A stretch of 64,000 nt of DNA from Oscillospiraceae bacterium (GCA_017466865.1 JAFTTI010000014.1:140866-204865); one strand, 5' to 3'; counted from the first letter of the stretch, positions 46,059 to 55,747 are shown. The notes: a model not told the origin generated them from the sequence alone. Numbers and translations: made by a program.

Positions 46059-47909
46059 ATGCCGGGCGGACCCAGAAGACAAAGTTTTCTTACAGAAGAA
46101 GAAAAGAAAAATCGACCGAAAATTACAAAAGACTTACTTAAACGGATATTTTCCTATCTGAAACCTTATTGGAAACAGATGCTTGTTGTTATAACAGCAA
46201 TTATCATTTCATCTGTTCTTAATATGATGCCATCAGTCCTTACGGGTAAAATTATCGATGAAGGTCTTATCGGACAGAATATGCAGAAACTTATCTTGTT
46301 CATCCTGCTTTCACTCGGAGTAACTCTCGGCGCCAATTTTATCGGTGTTCTTGAAAGTTATATGAATACATGGATAGCACAGCATATTACATATGATATG
46401 CGCAATAAAATGTATCTTCATCTTCAGAAAATGTCCCAGCGTTTTTTCACATCCAATAATCAGGGTGATATAATAACCCGAATGACAAGCGATATTTCGG
46501 GTGTTCAGCAGATAATTACAAATACACTCACAAGTATTCTTTCAAATTCAATAACTCTGATTGTCGCACTTGTTATTATGTTCCGCCAAAGCTGGATTAT
46601 GGCACTTGTGGGAATTGCTGTTGTTCCTTTATTCATAATTCCTACAAGAAGCGCGGGCAAAACAAGATGGTCTATAACCGCCGAATCGCAGGAGTGTAGT
46701 GATGAAATAAACGGAATACTCAATGAAACTATGTCTGTAAGCGGACAACTTCTGATAAAATTATTCGGCAGAGAAGAGGCTGAATATCAGAAATATGAAA
46801 AGGCAAGCAAGCGTATGGTTAAACTCAACATACGCGAAGGAATGGCAGGAAGATGGTTCCGTGTTGCACTCAGTACATTTTCAAGCATAGGTCCTATGCT
46901 CATTTATCTTGCAGGCGGTATTCTGATGATGAAATTCGACAGTACGATTACTGTCGGTGATATTACCGTTCTTGTAGCGCTTCTCGGGAAAATGTACGGC
47001 CCTGTGAATCAGCTTCTTAACATTCAGGTTGACTGGATACGCTCTATGGCTATGTTTACCCGTATTTTTGAATATTATGATATGCCTGTTGAGATAGAGT
47101 CGCCACCCGATGCAATAGTTCCTGAAAACAGGGCAAAGGGTGAGGTTGAATTCAAAAATGTCGGATTTTATTATGAAGAAGGCAGACATATACTCAGAGA
47201 TATAAATTTCGACCTCAGATATGGTGAATGTGTTGCTATTGTAGGACCTTCGGGTTCGGGAAAAAGTACGCTCATAAATCTTATACCGAGATTATGGGAT
47301 GCAACAAGCGGAACAGTTACATTCGATGATATTGATGTAAAAAAACTCGATCTTACATATCTTCGTCAGAATATAGGAATAGTGAGTCAGGAAACATATC
47401 TTTTCAACGGAACAATACGCGACAACCTTCTTTATGCAAAGCCCGATGCTACCGAGGAAGAACTGATAGACGCCTGCAAACAGGCAAATATCTATGATTT
47501 TATCGAAAAGCAGGAAACAGGGCTTGATACTGTTGTAGGAAATCGCGGACTCAAACTTTCAGGCGGTGAAAAACAGCGCATTTCGATAGCGCGTGTTCTT
47601 CTCAAAAATCCTTCGCTTATGATTTTCGATGAGGCAACATCGGCACTTGACTCGATTTCTGAACAGAAAATTCAGGATGCTATAAAGCCTCTTATCGAAT
47701 CAAGAACGAGTATTCTTATTGCGCACAGACTTTCGACAATTCTGGCCGCTGATGAAATTCTCGTAATCAATGACGGGGTTATTGCCGAGAGAGGAACTCA
47801 CGATGAACTTATAGAACTCGACGGAGTGTATACAAAACTTTATGAAACACAGTTTTGCAAAACCGATGATGATATAGATTCCTTTGATTATACCGAAGGC
47901 GAAGAATAA
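46059..47909 (+). CDS. ABC exporter, fused permease/ATPase (MsbA-like half transporter)
   Basis: A 6-TM N-terminal domain is followed by Walker [10 protein letters not shown], signature LSGGEKQRISIARVL and Walker B MIFDEATSALD. Confidence 0.9.
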   Translation: MPGGPRRQSFLTEEEKKNRPKITKDLLKRIFSYLKPYWKQMLVVITAIIISSVLNMMPSVLTGKIIDEGLIGQNMQKLILFILLSLGVTLGANFIGVLESYMNTWIAQHITYDMRNKMYLHLQKMSQRFFTSNNQGDIITRMTSDISGVQQIITNTLTSILSNSITLIVALVIMFRQSWIMALVGIAVVPLFIIPTRSAGKTRWSITAESQECSDEINGILNETMSVSGQLLIKLFGREEAEYQKYEKASKRMVKLNIREGMAGRWFRVALSTFSSIGPMLIYLAGGILMMKFDSTITVGDITVLVALLGKMYGPVNQLLNIQVDWIRSMAMFTRIFEYYDMPVEIESPPDAIVPENRAKGEVEFKNVGFYYEEGRHILRDINFDLRYGECVAIVGPSGSGKSTLINLIPRLWDATSGTVTFDDIDVKKLDLTYLRQNIGIVSQETYLFNGTIRDNLLYAKPDATEEELIDACKQANIYDFIEKQETGLDTVVGNRGLKLSGGEKQRISIARVLLKNPSLMIFDEATSALDSISEQKIQDAIKPLIESRTSILIAHRLSTILAADEILVINDGVIAERGTHDELIELDGVYTKLYETQFCKTDDDIDSFDYTEGEE

Positions 47910-47912
47910 ATA

Positions 47913-47948
47913 AAAAAACCACTCATAATTCTATGAGTGGTTTTTGTT
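47913..47948 (+). terminator. intrinsic terminator
   Basis: AAAAAAACCACTCATA-ATTCT-ATGAGTGGTTTTTGTT. Confidence 0.85.
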
Positions 47949-48030
47949 GTCTGCATTTCTCGAAATTTCCTCGCGCTTATAACCCCCAAACAAAACAAAA
48001 ACACCCACATTTCTGTGAGTGTTTCTTAAT

Positions 48031-48075
48031 TGGTTGCGGGAGCCGGATTTGAACCGACGACCTTCGGGTTATGAG
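48031..48075 (-). repeat. attL: displaced 3' 45 nt of tRNA-fMet (direct repeat of 55606-55650)
   Basis: The 45 nt TGGTTGCGGGAGCCGGATTTGAACCGACGACCTTCGGGTTATGAG are identical to the 3' part of the intact tRNA at 55606-55650. On the minus strand the repeat is followed by a hairpin plus U-run (~48001-48024), which fits the original tRNA terminator. Confidence 0.9.
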
Positions 48076-48180
48076 TAAACTTAATCCAACAACAGCATCG
48101 AAAATCGCGAAAAATGAACAGTTCACTCGATTTACCTAGTGGACTGTTCATTTTTTATTCACAAAAAAGGAGATGCAATA

Positions 48181-49029
48181 ATGGAAGAGTTTTTTATGGG
48201 GTTGACGCTCACACTGGATGATATCATTTATAGTTTTTTGACGAAAATAGGTGGGGCTATAGACCAATTGCTCGGTGCGATATACACTCCTATCGTTCCG
48301 AGTTCAGCAATCGTAGCGGTTGGCGTGTCATTAACTTCTTTGTTTTTCTGCCTTGAGATGTTTTCACAACTTTCTCAGTTTAGGGTAGAAAGGGTAGAAG
48401 ATGCCATAAGAATAGCGATGAAATTTATTGTAGCGAAAGTAATAATTGAAAATACTGATGGCATTTCTCAAGGAATATATCAAATATTTAGAATATCAAC
48501 CTCTGGAGGCATTAAAGAAGTATGTGTCAAGATAGCTGACTGTATAAGTGTAACAGATAATCTACAATCAGGGCAGGGAGGATTACTCGGAATAGGGTAT
48601 TTGTTACTGTTTCTTACTTCAGGCATAATGACTGTTTGTATTGCAATAAGCGTAATAAAAATAATAATTTCTGTGATAGGCATTTTCTTCGAAATCGGCA
48701 TTCATCAGGCACTTGCACCGATTGCGTTATCCACATTATGCAATGATTTGGCAAGACCGACGGGAATAGCCTTTATAAAGTCGTATGCTTCAGCTTGTCT
48801 TCAGCTCACAGTGATTACGGCTATATGCTCCGTCGGTGCACAGATTTTAGATGTTTTTCTAAAAATCGATTTTGTAGAAATTTTCGGTGCTAAAAATCCT
48901 ACAATTGAAGCTCAGCTCGGGATTTTCACTTTTATTTTTAATTTTATTTCGCCGTTGATATGTGTGATTGCATTATCTAAGGCTATAAAAATATCATCTG
49001 ATTTAACGAAACGAATGTTTGGAGCATAA
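48181..49029 (+). CDS. polytopic membrane protein, possibly TrbL/VirB6-like (tentative)
   Basis: AAAGGAG RBS before ATG 48181. About 6 TM helices with a central loop. The resemblance to Firmicute conjugative-element VirB6-type proteins is my impression only. Confidence 0.4.
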   Translation: MEEFFMGLTLTLDDIIYSFLTKIGGAIDQLLGAIYTPIVPSSAIVAVGVSLTSLFFCLEMFSQLSQFRVERVEDAIRIAMKFIVAKVIIENTDGISQGIYQIFRISTSGGIKEVCVKIADCISVTDNLQSGQGGLLGIGYLLLFLTSGIMTVCIAISVIKIIISVIGIFFEIGIHQALAPIALSTLCNDLARPTGIAFIKSYASACLQLTVITAICSVGAQILDVFLKIDFVEIFGAKNPTIEAQLGIFTFIFNFISPLICVIALSKAIKISSDLTKRMFGA

Positions 49030-49046
49030 AGAGGGAGGAAAAGAAA

Positions 49047-49895
49047 ATGGCTAAATTACAAAGTGCAATAGTTAAGGATTTTACGGTAATACATAACGAA
49101 TTTGTTAGGGACGAGCGTTTAGGCATCGAAGAAAAAGGGATGCTTCTTCTTCTGATGTCACTTCCTGAAGATTGGGACTTCTCGATAGAAGGATTGACAA
49201 AAATTAGCAGAAGCGGAAAATGCAAGGTTAGTAACGCTCTCAACAAATTAAAAAAATATGGCTACTTCAGAAGAATAAGAGAAATAGATGAGAATGGCAG
49301 AGTAATCGATTGGATATATGAATTTTCAGACCAACCACATCTTGAATGGATTGAAGAAAATAGCGAAAAAACACCACAATCTGATTTTCGGAATGTGGAG
49401 GAAGAGCCACATTCCGATTTTCGAGATGTGGAAAATCGAGATGTCGAAAATCACCCACAATATAATACTTATAAATATAATACTAAAGAATTAAATAAGA
49501 TTGATAGAAGGGAAAAAAATGAAAAAAACATCGATTTAGCAAAATTTCTCGAAACAAAAGAAAAAGTGAAAGAACAGATAAATGAAGAGAACGAACTTGT
49601 TGTGGATGGTTGGGCTACTAAAGAAGAAGTCGAAGAAATTATTGATATAGTAACAGAAGTGTATCTATCCCACAAAAAATCATTCAAAGTTAACGGAAAC
49701 AATATATCATCGGATAATCTTCGTTATCAGTTCGGTAAACTTACATCTGAACACATCAAATATTATTTTTCGCAAATCAAAAAAAATAAATATAAAATTT
49801 GTAATATGAAAAAATTTATTCTAACAAGTTTATACAACGCACCGATGACTCTACACAATGCTATTACATCAGATGTTGCTCGTTGGACGAATTGA
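49047..49895 (+). CDS. replication-initiator-like winged-helix protein (RepA_N/HTH_36-type)
   Basis: The N-terminus FTVIHNEFVRDERLGIEEKGMLLLLMSLPEDWDFSIEGL ... VSNALNKLKKYGYF is typical of Firmicute element Rep/DnaD-like initiators. It has an acidic repeat region (PQSDFRNVEEEPHSDFRDVENRDVENHPQ). Confidence 0.6.
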   Translation: MAKLQSAIVKDFTVIHNEFVRDERLGIEEKGMLLLLMSLPEDWDFSIEGLTKISRSGKCKVSNALNKLKKYGYFRRIREIDENGRVIDWIYEFSDQPHLEWIEENSEKTPQSDFRNVEEEPHSDFRDVENRDVENHPQYNTYKYNTKELNKIDRREKNEKNIDLAKFLETKEKVKEQINEENELVVDGWATKEEVEEIIDIVTEVYLSHKKSFKVNGNNISSDNLRYQFGKLTSEHIKYYFSQIKKNKYKICNMKKFILTSLYNAPMTLHNAITSDVARWTN

Positions 49896-49915
49896 TGAAT
49901 TAAAAAGGAAACGAT

Positions 49916-50173
49916 ATGACGATTGAAAAATTGAAAAAAATGCCGGGGCTGACTTTATCCGTCAAACAAGCATCTATGGTAGTTGGATGCTCAGAACGAG
50001 TTTTAAGAAACAACTTAATTGCAAATCCGAATTTATTTGGATTTCCGGTAATGGTTTTTACAACAAAAAGCGGATATAAAAAGATTTTGATACCCAAATT
50101 GCCATTTATTAGGTACATATCTACCGGTATTACGATTGAAGAAAATGGGCGGAGTGAATATGATGACAATTAA
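49916..50173 (+). CDS. small HTH protein, possible excisionase/regulator
   Basis: 85 aa. The segment LSVKQASMVVGCSERVLRNNL resembles an Xis/MerR-type HTH. Confidence 0.4.
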   Translation: MTIEKLKKMPGLTLSVKQASMVVGCSERVLRNNLIANPNLFGFPVMVFTTKSGYKKILIPKLPFIRYISTGITIEENGRSEYDDN

Positions 50174-50576
50174 AGAATTTGCCGATAATAATCAAATTGA
50201 TATTTCAGCAATTTATAGAAAAATCAAAAGAAACGAAAAACGGCTTGAAGGACATATTCGGGTTGTAAATGGTGTTATCAATATTGATGAAATTGCGGAA
50301 ACTTTTCTTCTTCCGAGAAACAAAGCAATAACTCAAAGAGCAGAATTTGAAAAAACAGAACTTGAGGAAAAGTACGAAATTTTGATTTCTGCATACAAAG
50401 GGAAAATTGAAAATTTGATTTCAGAAAAATCGGAACTCGAACAAGAAGTACAAAAACTTCGTCAGGCTCTTGAACAACGAGAAGCAGAAATAGATTTATT
50501 GAATACTCAAAAATCTTATTTTTCCAAGAACTCAAAGTCTATAAAAAAAGTAATGAAGTTTTTGACTTCTGATTGA
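50160..50576 (+). CDS. HTH plus coiled-coil protein (unknown function)
   Basis: The N-terminal segment TIKEFADNNQIDISAIYRKIKR is HTH-like. The C-terminal region is heptad-rich (EKSELEQEVQKLRQALEQREAEIDLL). Confidence 0.45.
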   Translation: MMTIKEFADNNQIDISAIYRKIKRNEKRLEGHIRVVNGVINIDEIAETFLLPRNKAITQRAEFEKTELEEKYEILISAYKGKIENLISEKSELEQEVQKLRQALEQREAEIDLLNTQKSYFSKNSKSIKKVMKFLTSD

Positions 50577-50589
50577 TGCATAATGATGC

Positions 50590-50750
50590 ATAAAAAATAA
50601 CATTTTGGCTACGACCAAAATGTTGAAAAAAGTAGTGCCGTAAGGAAATAGCAAGCATAGAAATTGTATATACAATTTCGCTTGTTGGCAAAAGGCAAAC
50701 AAGTGCAGGGGAACATCCCCTAAAACCCTGATAATTTTATAAGAAAAGAG
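50590..50750 (+). promoter_or_regulatory. candidate oriT / mob promoter region
   Basis: A cluster of inverted repeats lies directly upstream of mobC: AACATTTTGG..CCAAAATGTT, GAAATTGTATATACAATTTC, CTTGTTGGC..GGCAAACAAG (imperfect) and AGGGGAACATCCCCT. These are followed by AAAACCCTGA, which resembles the YATCCTG nick motif. Confidence 0.35.
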
Positions 50751-51071
50751 ATGTATATGAGCAAAAAAATAAGGATTTTTCGGGCAAGTGCAGATGAATG
50801 GGAAACAATCAAAAGAAACGCAAAAGAAGTCGGGATGAAGCCTTGCACTTATATTCGGAGAATTGCAATTGAGGGGAAAATCAAAAAATATGATATGAAG
50901 CTCGTGAACGATGTTCGGCTCGAACTTATCAGAATAGGAACTAACATAAATCAGATTTCTGCAATGGCGAATTCTACACATTCCGTTTATTCCAAAGACC
51001 TTGAAAATATGCAAACTGAATTTTCGAAATTACAGAAAGTTGTTGACAAGTGGTTAAAGCCACTTGAATAA
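50751..51071 (+). CDS. mobC: MobC-family relaxosome accessory protein
   Basis: RIFRASADEWETIKRNAKEVGMKPCTYIRRIAI ... ELIRIGTNINQISAMAN matches the MobC RHH plus NLNQIA signature. Confidence 0.85.
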   Translation: MYMSKKIRIFRASADEWETIKRNAKEVGMKPCTYIRRIAIEGKIKKYDMKLVNDVRLELIRIGTNINQISAMANSTHSVYSKDLENMQTEFSKLQKVVDKWLKPLE

Positions 51072-51090
51072 AAAAGGAGATTTTTTTGAA

Positions 51091-52362
51091 ATGCCTATTG
51101 TGAAACATATAGCGGTTCATACAACACCTAAGATAAATATCGAATATATTTGCAACGGAGATAAGACAGATGAGTTGAAGTATGTATCGGGAATAAATTG
51201 TCCTATTGATTCGGGACAAGCCTATGATTTTTTCAGAAGGACTTTTGAAAGATTTACCGGAGAGCGATTTTATATAAAGTCGCTTGATGAAAATTCTAAA
51301 AAAGAGAAAATCAGGCTACATCATTATATTCAGTCTTTTTCGCCTGATGAAAATATAAATCCGGAACAAGCACACGAAATTGGAAAAGAGTGGGCGAAAA
51401 AAGTTTTCGGAGATGATTTCCAGATTATTGTGTCAACTCATATTGACAAAAATCATATTCATAATCATTTTGCAGTTTCTCCGTATTCGCTATACGGAGA
51501 AAAGTGGAACGGAAACTTTACAACTCTGAAGAGATGCAGAAAAATATCTGACGAAATCAGCAGAGAACACGGAATTGATATAATAGAAAATCCAAAAAAC
51601 AAAAACACGATGAAATATAACGAATGGTTGGCTTGTCAGACCGGGATGTCCTGGAAACAGAATATCAGGAATGTAATTGATAAGGCTATATCTTCAGCGG
51701 AAGTGAATTCTTTGGATGACCTGATTGAACGATTGAAAGAAAAAGGTTACGATGTGAAGAAAGGGAAATACCTGACAATCAAAGAAAAGAATATGGAGAG
51801 GGGAATAAGAACTATCCGACTTGGCGATGGATATTCTGTCCCGGAATTGCAATATCGAATACAATTCAAAGACAGAGAAATCAGCGATGTTGCAATTTCT
51901 AAACTTAATGGAGAAGCAAAAGCATACGCAATATACCTTAGAGAAATGCAGATACAAGTTCGATACAGAAGAAATAGCACGAAGGTTACATATAAGGATT
52001 TGATGAATTCTTCAAATCTTCTCACTTATATAGTAAAAAACAATATTACTTCTGAAGATGATTTCGCCCAAAGACTGAATGACCTGAATGACAGATACAG
52101 AGATGTATACAATGAGTGCCGTTCAGTTCGAAACAGACTACTGAAGGCAGAAGAGCCTGACGAGAAAATGAATTTACAGAATAAACTCGATGGGTTGGGT
52201 GTAAAGGAACAAGACTTAAAAAACAAAAGGAAAGAGGTTACTCAGCTTTATAAAACATTTCTTAAGCACAAATCAGATGAAAACTATAAATCAATCGAAG
52301 AATTACCTTCTGAACACGAAAATAGCCAATCGATACCTATTAGTGAAAACTATGTATTGTGA
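51091..52362 (+). CDS. relaxase/mobilization nuclease (MobA/VirD2 family)
   Basis: AAAGGAG RBS. The N-terminal motifs are HHYIQSFSPDE and the histidine triad HIDKNHIHNHFAV. The C-terminal part is coiled-coil. Confidence 0.85.
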   Translation: MPIVKHIAVHTTPKINIEYICNGDKTDELKYVSGINCPIDSGQAYDFFRRTFERFTGERFYIKSLDENSKKEKIRLHHYIQSFSPDENINPEQAHEIGKEWAKKVFGDDFQIIVSTHIDKNHIHNHFAVSPYSLYGEKWNGNFTTLKRCRKISDEISREHGIDIIENPKNKNTMKYNEWLACQTGMSWKQNIRNVIDKAISSAEVNSLDDLIERLKEKGYDVKKGKYLTIKEKNMERGIRTIRLGDGYSVPELQYRIQFKDREISDVAISKLNGEAKAYAIYLREMQIQVRYRRNSTKVTYKDLMNSSNLLTYIVKNNITSEDDFAQRLNDLNDRYRDVYNECRSVRNRLLKAEEPDEKMNLQNKLDGLGVKEQDLKNKRKEVTQLYKTFLKHKSDENYKSIEELPSEHENSQSIPISENYVL

Positions 52363-52379
52363 TAGAAACGGAGGATATT

Positions 52380-52568
52380 ATGACTGATGAAGAAAAATTG
52401 AAAATATATGAAAAAAACTTGGATATTCAATCGATGATAAAAATTAACAAAGCATTGGAGAGCGGAAAAGACTTGGAGATACAGCATCGGCGAGATTCAC
52501 TTGTGATTTTAACAAAGAAAACAGAAACTTTTGCGAGGATAGAGCGGAGGTGGAAAAATGAGGAATAA
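52380..52568 (+). CDS. small hypothetical protein (element cargo)
   Basis: GGAGG RBS 7 nt before ATG 52380. About 62 aa with no motifs. It overlaps the next ORF by 11 nt. Confidence 0.4.
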   Translation: MTDEEKLKIYEKNLDIQSMIKINKALESGKDLEIQHRRDSLVILTKKTETFARIERRWKNEE

Positions 52569-52749
52569 TCAAACTGTTTTTTCTATGGGAGATTTATGCG
52601 GTACAATGGCAGAGGAATATCGTATTTTTATTGAATATGAATATAACGGCAACTACTCTGACCGCTTATCAGATATTGAAAATATGATAACAAGATTAGA
52701 ATTTGAGAAAAAACAAATAAAAAAACGATTATCGGGGGAAGAAAAATGA
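52558..52749 (+). CDS. small hypothetical protein (element cargo)
   Basis: 63 aa, with an ATGA-type overlap with the next ORF. Confidence 0.4.
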   Translation: MRNNQTVFSMGDLCGTMAEEYRIFIEYEYNGNYSDRLSDIENMITRLEFEKKQIKKRLSGEEK

Positions 52750-52952
52750 AGGATTTAATATTATCTGAAGTGAGTAACTTAATATCTGATGCGATTTTAA
52801 TTCTTATAGTGTTGGGTATAATTCGGCTGATTTCAATTACTTCTAATCCGGAAAAAGAAAAGAAAATGGTAAAAACACTCCTTTACAGTGCTATTGTGTT
52901 GTTGGTTGCCATCCGGATAATTATTATAATTTACCGATTTTGTGTGATTTGA
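52746..52952 (+). CDS. small two-TM membrane protein (element cargo)
   Basis: 68 aa with two hydrophobic helices separated by SNPEKEKKM. Confidence 0.45.
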   Translation: MKDLILSEVSNLISDAILILIVLGIIRLISITSNPEKEKKMVKTLLYSAIVLLVAIRIIIIIYRFCVI

Positions 52953-53060
52953 TGATTTACTGTCCATACATTTTCTCACTTGATATGATATAATAAAATC
53001 AGGTAGGATTATTTATTTTTGATGATGATGTATTTTTATTGATGAAGAGAGGTAAAAAAT

Positions 53061-53924
53061 ATGAAACTTAAAAAAATATTACTTGTAATAACTGCGATGA
53101 GTGTAATGCTCTGCGGATGCTCGAAGGCTGAGCCTTCTTTTTCCGATAACAACAACGGCAATAACGATGTTACTGTATCAGAAGAAACGACAGAAAACAA
53201 TGTTGACGGAGAAAATATCTCATACGGCGATGGAATTTCAGACGAAGATACAGTTCTTGATGTTTTTGAAAATATCAGACTTTCATACGAAGGATTTTCT
53301 CCCAATATATCCGTCAGCGTTGACACAAGCAAGATGAGAGGATTTCTCCAGGATAATGTTACATACACAGTAAAGCCTGATAGCGAACTTAAAAATGGCG
53401 ATAAGGTAATCGTTACTGCGATGTATAACAATAGCGTTATGAAATCTCACGATTATGTTGTAAAAAAAGATGTTCTCGAAATGACCATCAATGGTGCAGA
53501 TATACCTGAAGAAGATGTTGTTGTAATTGATGGCGAAATGCTGAAGCGTTATGCGGTTATTAGTTCTTCGCCTTCTTATACAAATAAAGGTTGCGTTATG
53601 ATGGGCGGAATTTTTGCTTATGAAAAAGGAAATGATTTGCCCCGGGAATTGTCAATCGAAATTGAAACGGAAGAGGGCATAAAATTACTAAATAGAGAAT
53701 GTAGTATGGATGAAGTTTATAAAAAATCCGGGGAAATTGTTACATTTAGGGTATACAACTACGATAGAGAGTATGCTCAGGCGAACGGGTATTTGATAAC
53801 GGAAGATGCGTCTTTTGATGTTATTGTATGGCATCCTGAAGATATGCCAAACCTTGAGGGCTATATGTATTACGAAGATGATGGCAGCATAACCTATAGT
53901 TACTACACCCCAAAATTTGACTAA
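53061..53924 (+). CDS. lipoprotein of unknown function (element cargo)
   Basis: GAGAGG RBS. Lipobox MLCGC. It has an acidic/Asn-rich linker and then a ~230-aa domain with no recognised motifs. Confidence 0.65.
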   Translation: MKLKKILLVITAMSVMLCGCSKAEPSFSDNNNGNNDVTVSEETTENNVDGENISYGDGISDEDTVLDVFENIRLSYEGFSPNISVSVDTSKMRGFLQDNVTYTVKPDSELKNGDKVIVTAMYNNSVMKSHDYVVKKDVLEMTINGADIPEEDVVVIDGEMLKRYAVISSSPSYTNKGCVMMGGIFAYEKGNDLPRELSIEIETEEGIKLLNRECSMDEVYKKSGEIVTFRVYNYDREYAQANGYLITEDASFDVIVWHPEDMPNLEGYMYYEDDGSITYSYYTPKFD

Positions 53925-53933
53925 ATAAAAATT

Positions 53934-53960
53934 GCCGAGTATTAAACTCGGCTTTTTTTT
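53934..53960 (+). terminator. intrinsic terminator
   Basis: Hairpin GCCGAGT-ATTAA-ACTCGGC followed by TTTTTTTT. Confidence 0.8.
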
Positions 53961-54334
53961 GTAAAGTTTACAAAAAATTTGCAATTTGAAAATCCTTTTA
54001 AAAATGTATATAAATGTATATAGATTAGTATATAATCATCTGAATTTTGCAATATGTGTCTAAATTCATTCAAAATCGCTCATATTCGTATATGGTATAA
54101 TATAAACAAATATCATACGCAATGAATAAGGGCGATAATATCAAATAGACTATATAAGTTTTCGTGACATAAAAATAACACCCATTGAAGCTCACAGGAT
54201 TTTCAGTCCAGCAGTCAACAACAAAAATGTTGCCGAAGATACTTCGATAGGTGTTATTGCGATAACTATACCACAGCTTTATAAACTTGTCAAGACCTAT
54301 GACAAGAGTTATTATCGATAAGGAATTACTATAT

Positions 54335-55312
54335 ATGAATAGCAACCTGACTTTGAACGAATGGCTTGATTATTGGTTTCAAACCTATGCTAAGCGAACT
54401 GTAAAGCGTTCTACTGCGATTAGTTACTTGGGGTATATTACCAATCACATTTCTCCGATAATAGGTAATATAAGGCTATCTGAGGTTGATACAACCATCC
54501 TTCAGGAATATTTTAATTACGAAATGGACTATGGTAATCATAAGACCGGGAAGAAGTTGTCCCCTAAAACACTTCATAACATCAAACTTATGTTACATAA
54601 ATCACTAAAAAAAGCAGTTGAGTTAGAGTTAATCAAACGGAATTATGCTGAATATGTAGAACTTCCTAAAGTGAGTTCCCCAAAAATAAGGGTATTGAGT
54701 CTTTCAGAACAACGAAAATTACGCACTACACTTAAATATTCTGATGAAAAACTGTATTTTGGTGTACTTCTTTCTCTGATGACCGGGATGAGATTAGGAG
54801 AAGTCATTGGACTCCGTTGGTCTGATGTCGACCTTATTGACAATATCATACATATCAGAAGAACGGCTAACAGACTTAACACGCTCGATGAGAGTAGCAG
54901 AACGAGAACAGAAATTGTAGTCGGCACCCCAAAATCCGAAAACTCAATTCGGGATATTCCTATAACAACCTCGATACATAATGAATTTATTAAATACAAA
55001 GAAAAATATAAAAAAAGGTTTTTAAATGCTGAAATGGATGATTATGTTGTGATGTTAAGGAAGGGATACCCGGTAGAGCCTAAGACGATGCAAGACTGTT
55101 TCCAACGCATCATATCTGAAGCCGGGATTGAAGAACATATTACTTTTCACGGATTGCGACACACATTCGCAACCAGGGCGGTCGAGCAAGGAGTGGATAT
55201 AAAGACATTGAGTGTTCTGCTCGGACACTCTGATGTCAGCTTCACTCTTTCTCGATATTATCATGTTTCGGAAAAACAGAAGAGAAAAGCTATGAATTTG
55301 ATTGGTCGATAA
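54335..55312 (+). CDS. tyrosine-type site-specific integrase
   Basis: SAM-like N-terminus (LNEWLDYWF). Catalytic residues lie in GMRLGEVIGLRWSDVD (Arg), HGLRHTFATRA (His-x-x-Arg) and LLGHSDVSFTLSRYYHV (His, Tyr). The start was re-picked at ATG 54335. Confidence 0.9.
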   Translation: MNSNLTLNEWLDYWFQTYAKRTVKRSTAISYLGYITNHISPIIGNIRLSEVDTTILQEYFNYEMDYGNHKTGKKLSPKTLHNIKLMLHKSLKKAVELELIKRNYAEYVELPKVSSPKIRVLSLSEQRKLRTTLKYSDEKLYFGVLLSLMTGMRLGEVIGLRWSDVDLIDNIIHIRRTANRLNTLDESSRTRTEIVVGTPKSENSIRDIPITTSIHNEFIKYKEKYKKRFLNAEMDDYVVMLRKGYPVEPKTMQDCFQRIISEAGIEEHITFHGLRHTFATRAVEQGVDIKTLSVLLGHSDVSFTLSRYYHVSEKQKRKAMNLIGR

Positions 55313-55326
55313 ATGTATATACAATG

Positions 55327-55362
55327 AAAAATACTCGTTGTCTTGTTGACAACGAGTATTTT
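55327..55362 (+). terminator. intrinsic terminator after the integrase gene
   Basis: AAAATACTCGTTGTC-TTGT-TGACAACGAGTATTTT. Confidence 0.8.
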
Positions 55363-55605
55363 ATCTGCTATAATTTACATTAGATAGCTTACGGATATGC
55401 TAAGAACTGCAATTCTCAGCATATCAATAATCAACCGATTACACCAACTAATCGACTAACTTAGTAAACACTATCCTTTGTAATTATTATACATAGGATT
55501 ACATACATCTGTCAAGTAGTTCGTTGGGTTTTTGGCTTAGTAAGCAGGTAAACTCGATTGAACTTTATTTTTTTGTTCATAATTAACGAACTACTTAAGA
55601 TGCGT

Positions 55606-55682
<77 letters not shown>

Positions 55683-55707
55683 ATATGAAATTTTAGAGTG
55701 CTTATTT

Positions 55708-55736
55708 ATTATATCACTATGAAAACCTCTTGTCAA
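55708..55736 (-). promoter_or_regulatory. sigma-A promoter of the tRNA-fMet gene
   Basis: The minus strand reads TTGACA, a 17-nt spacer, then TATAAT. The -10 ends ~25 nt upstream of the mature 5' end. Confidence 0.7.
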
Positions 55737-55747
55737 TACCTAATTTC

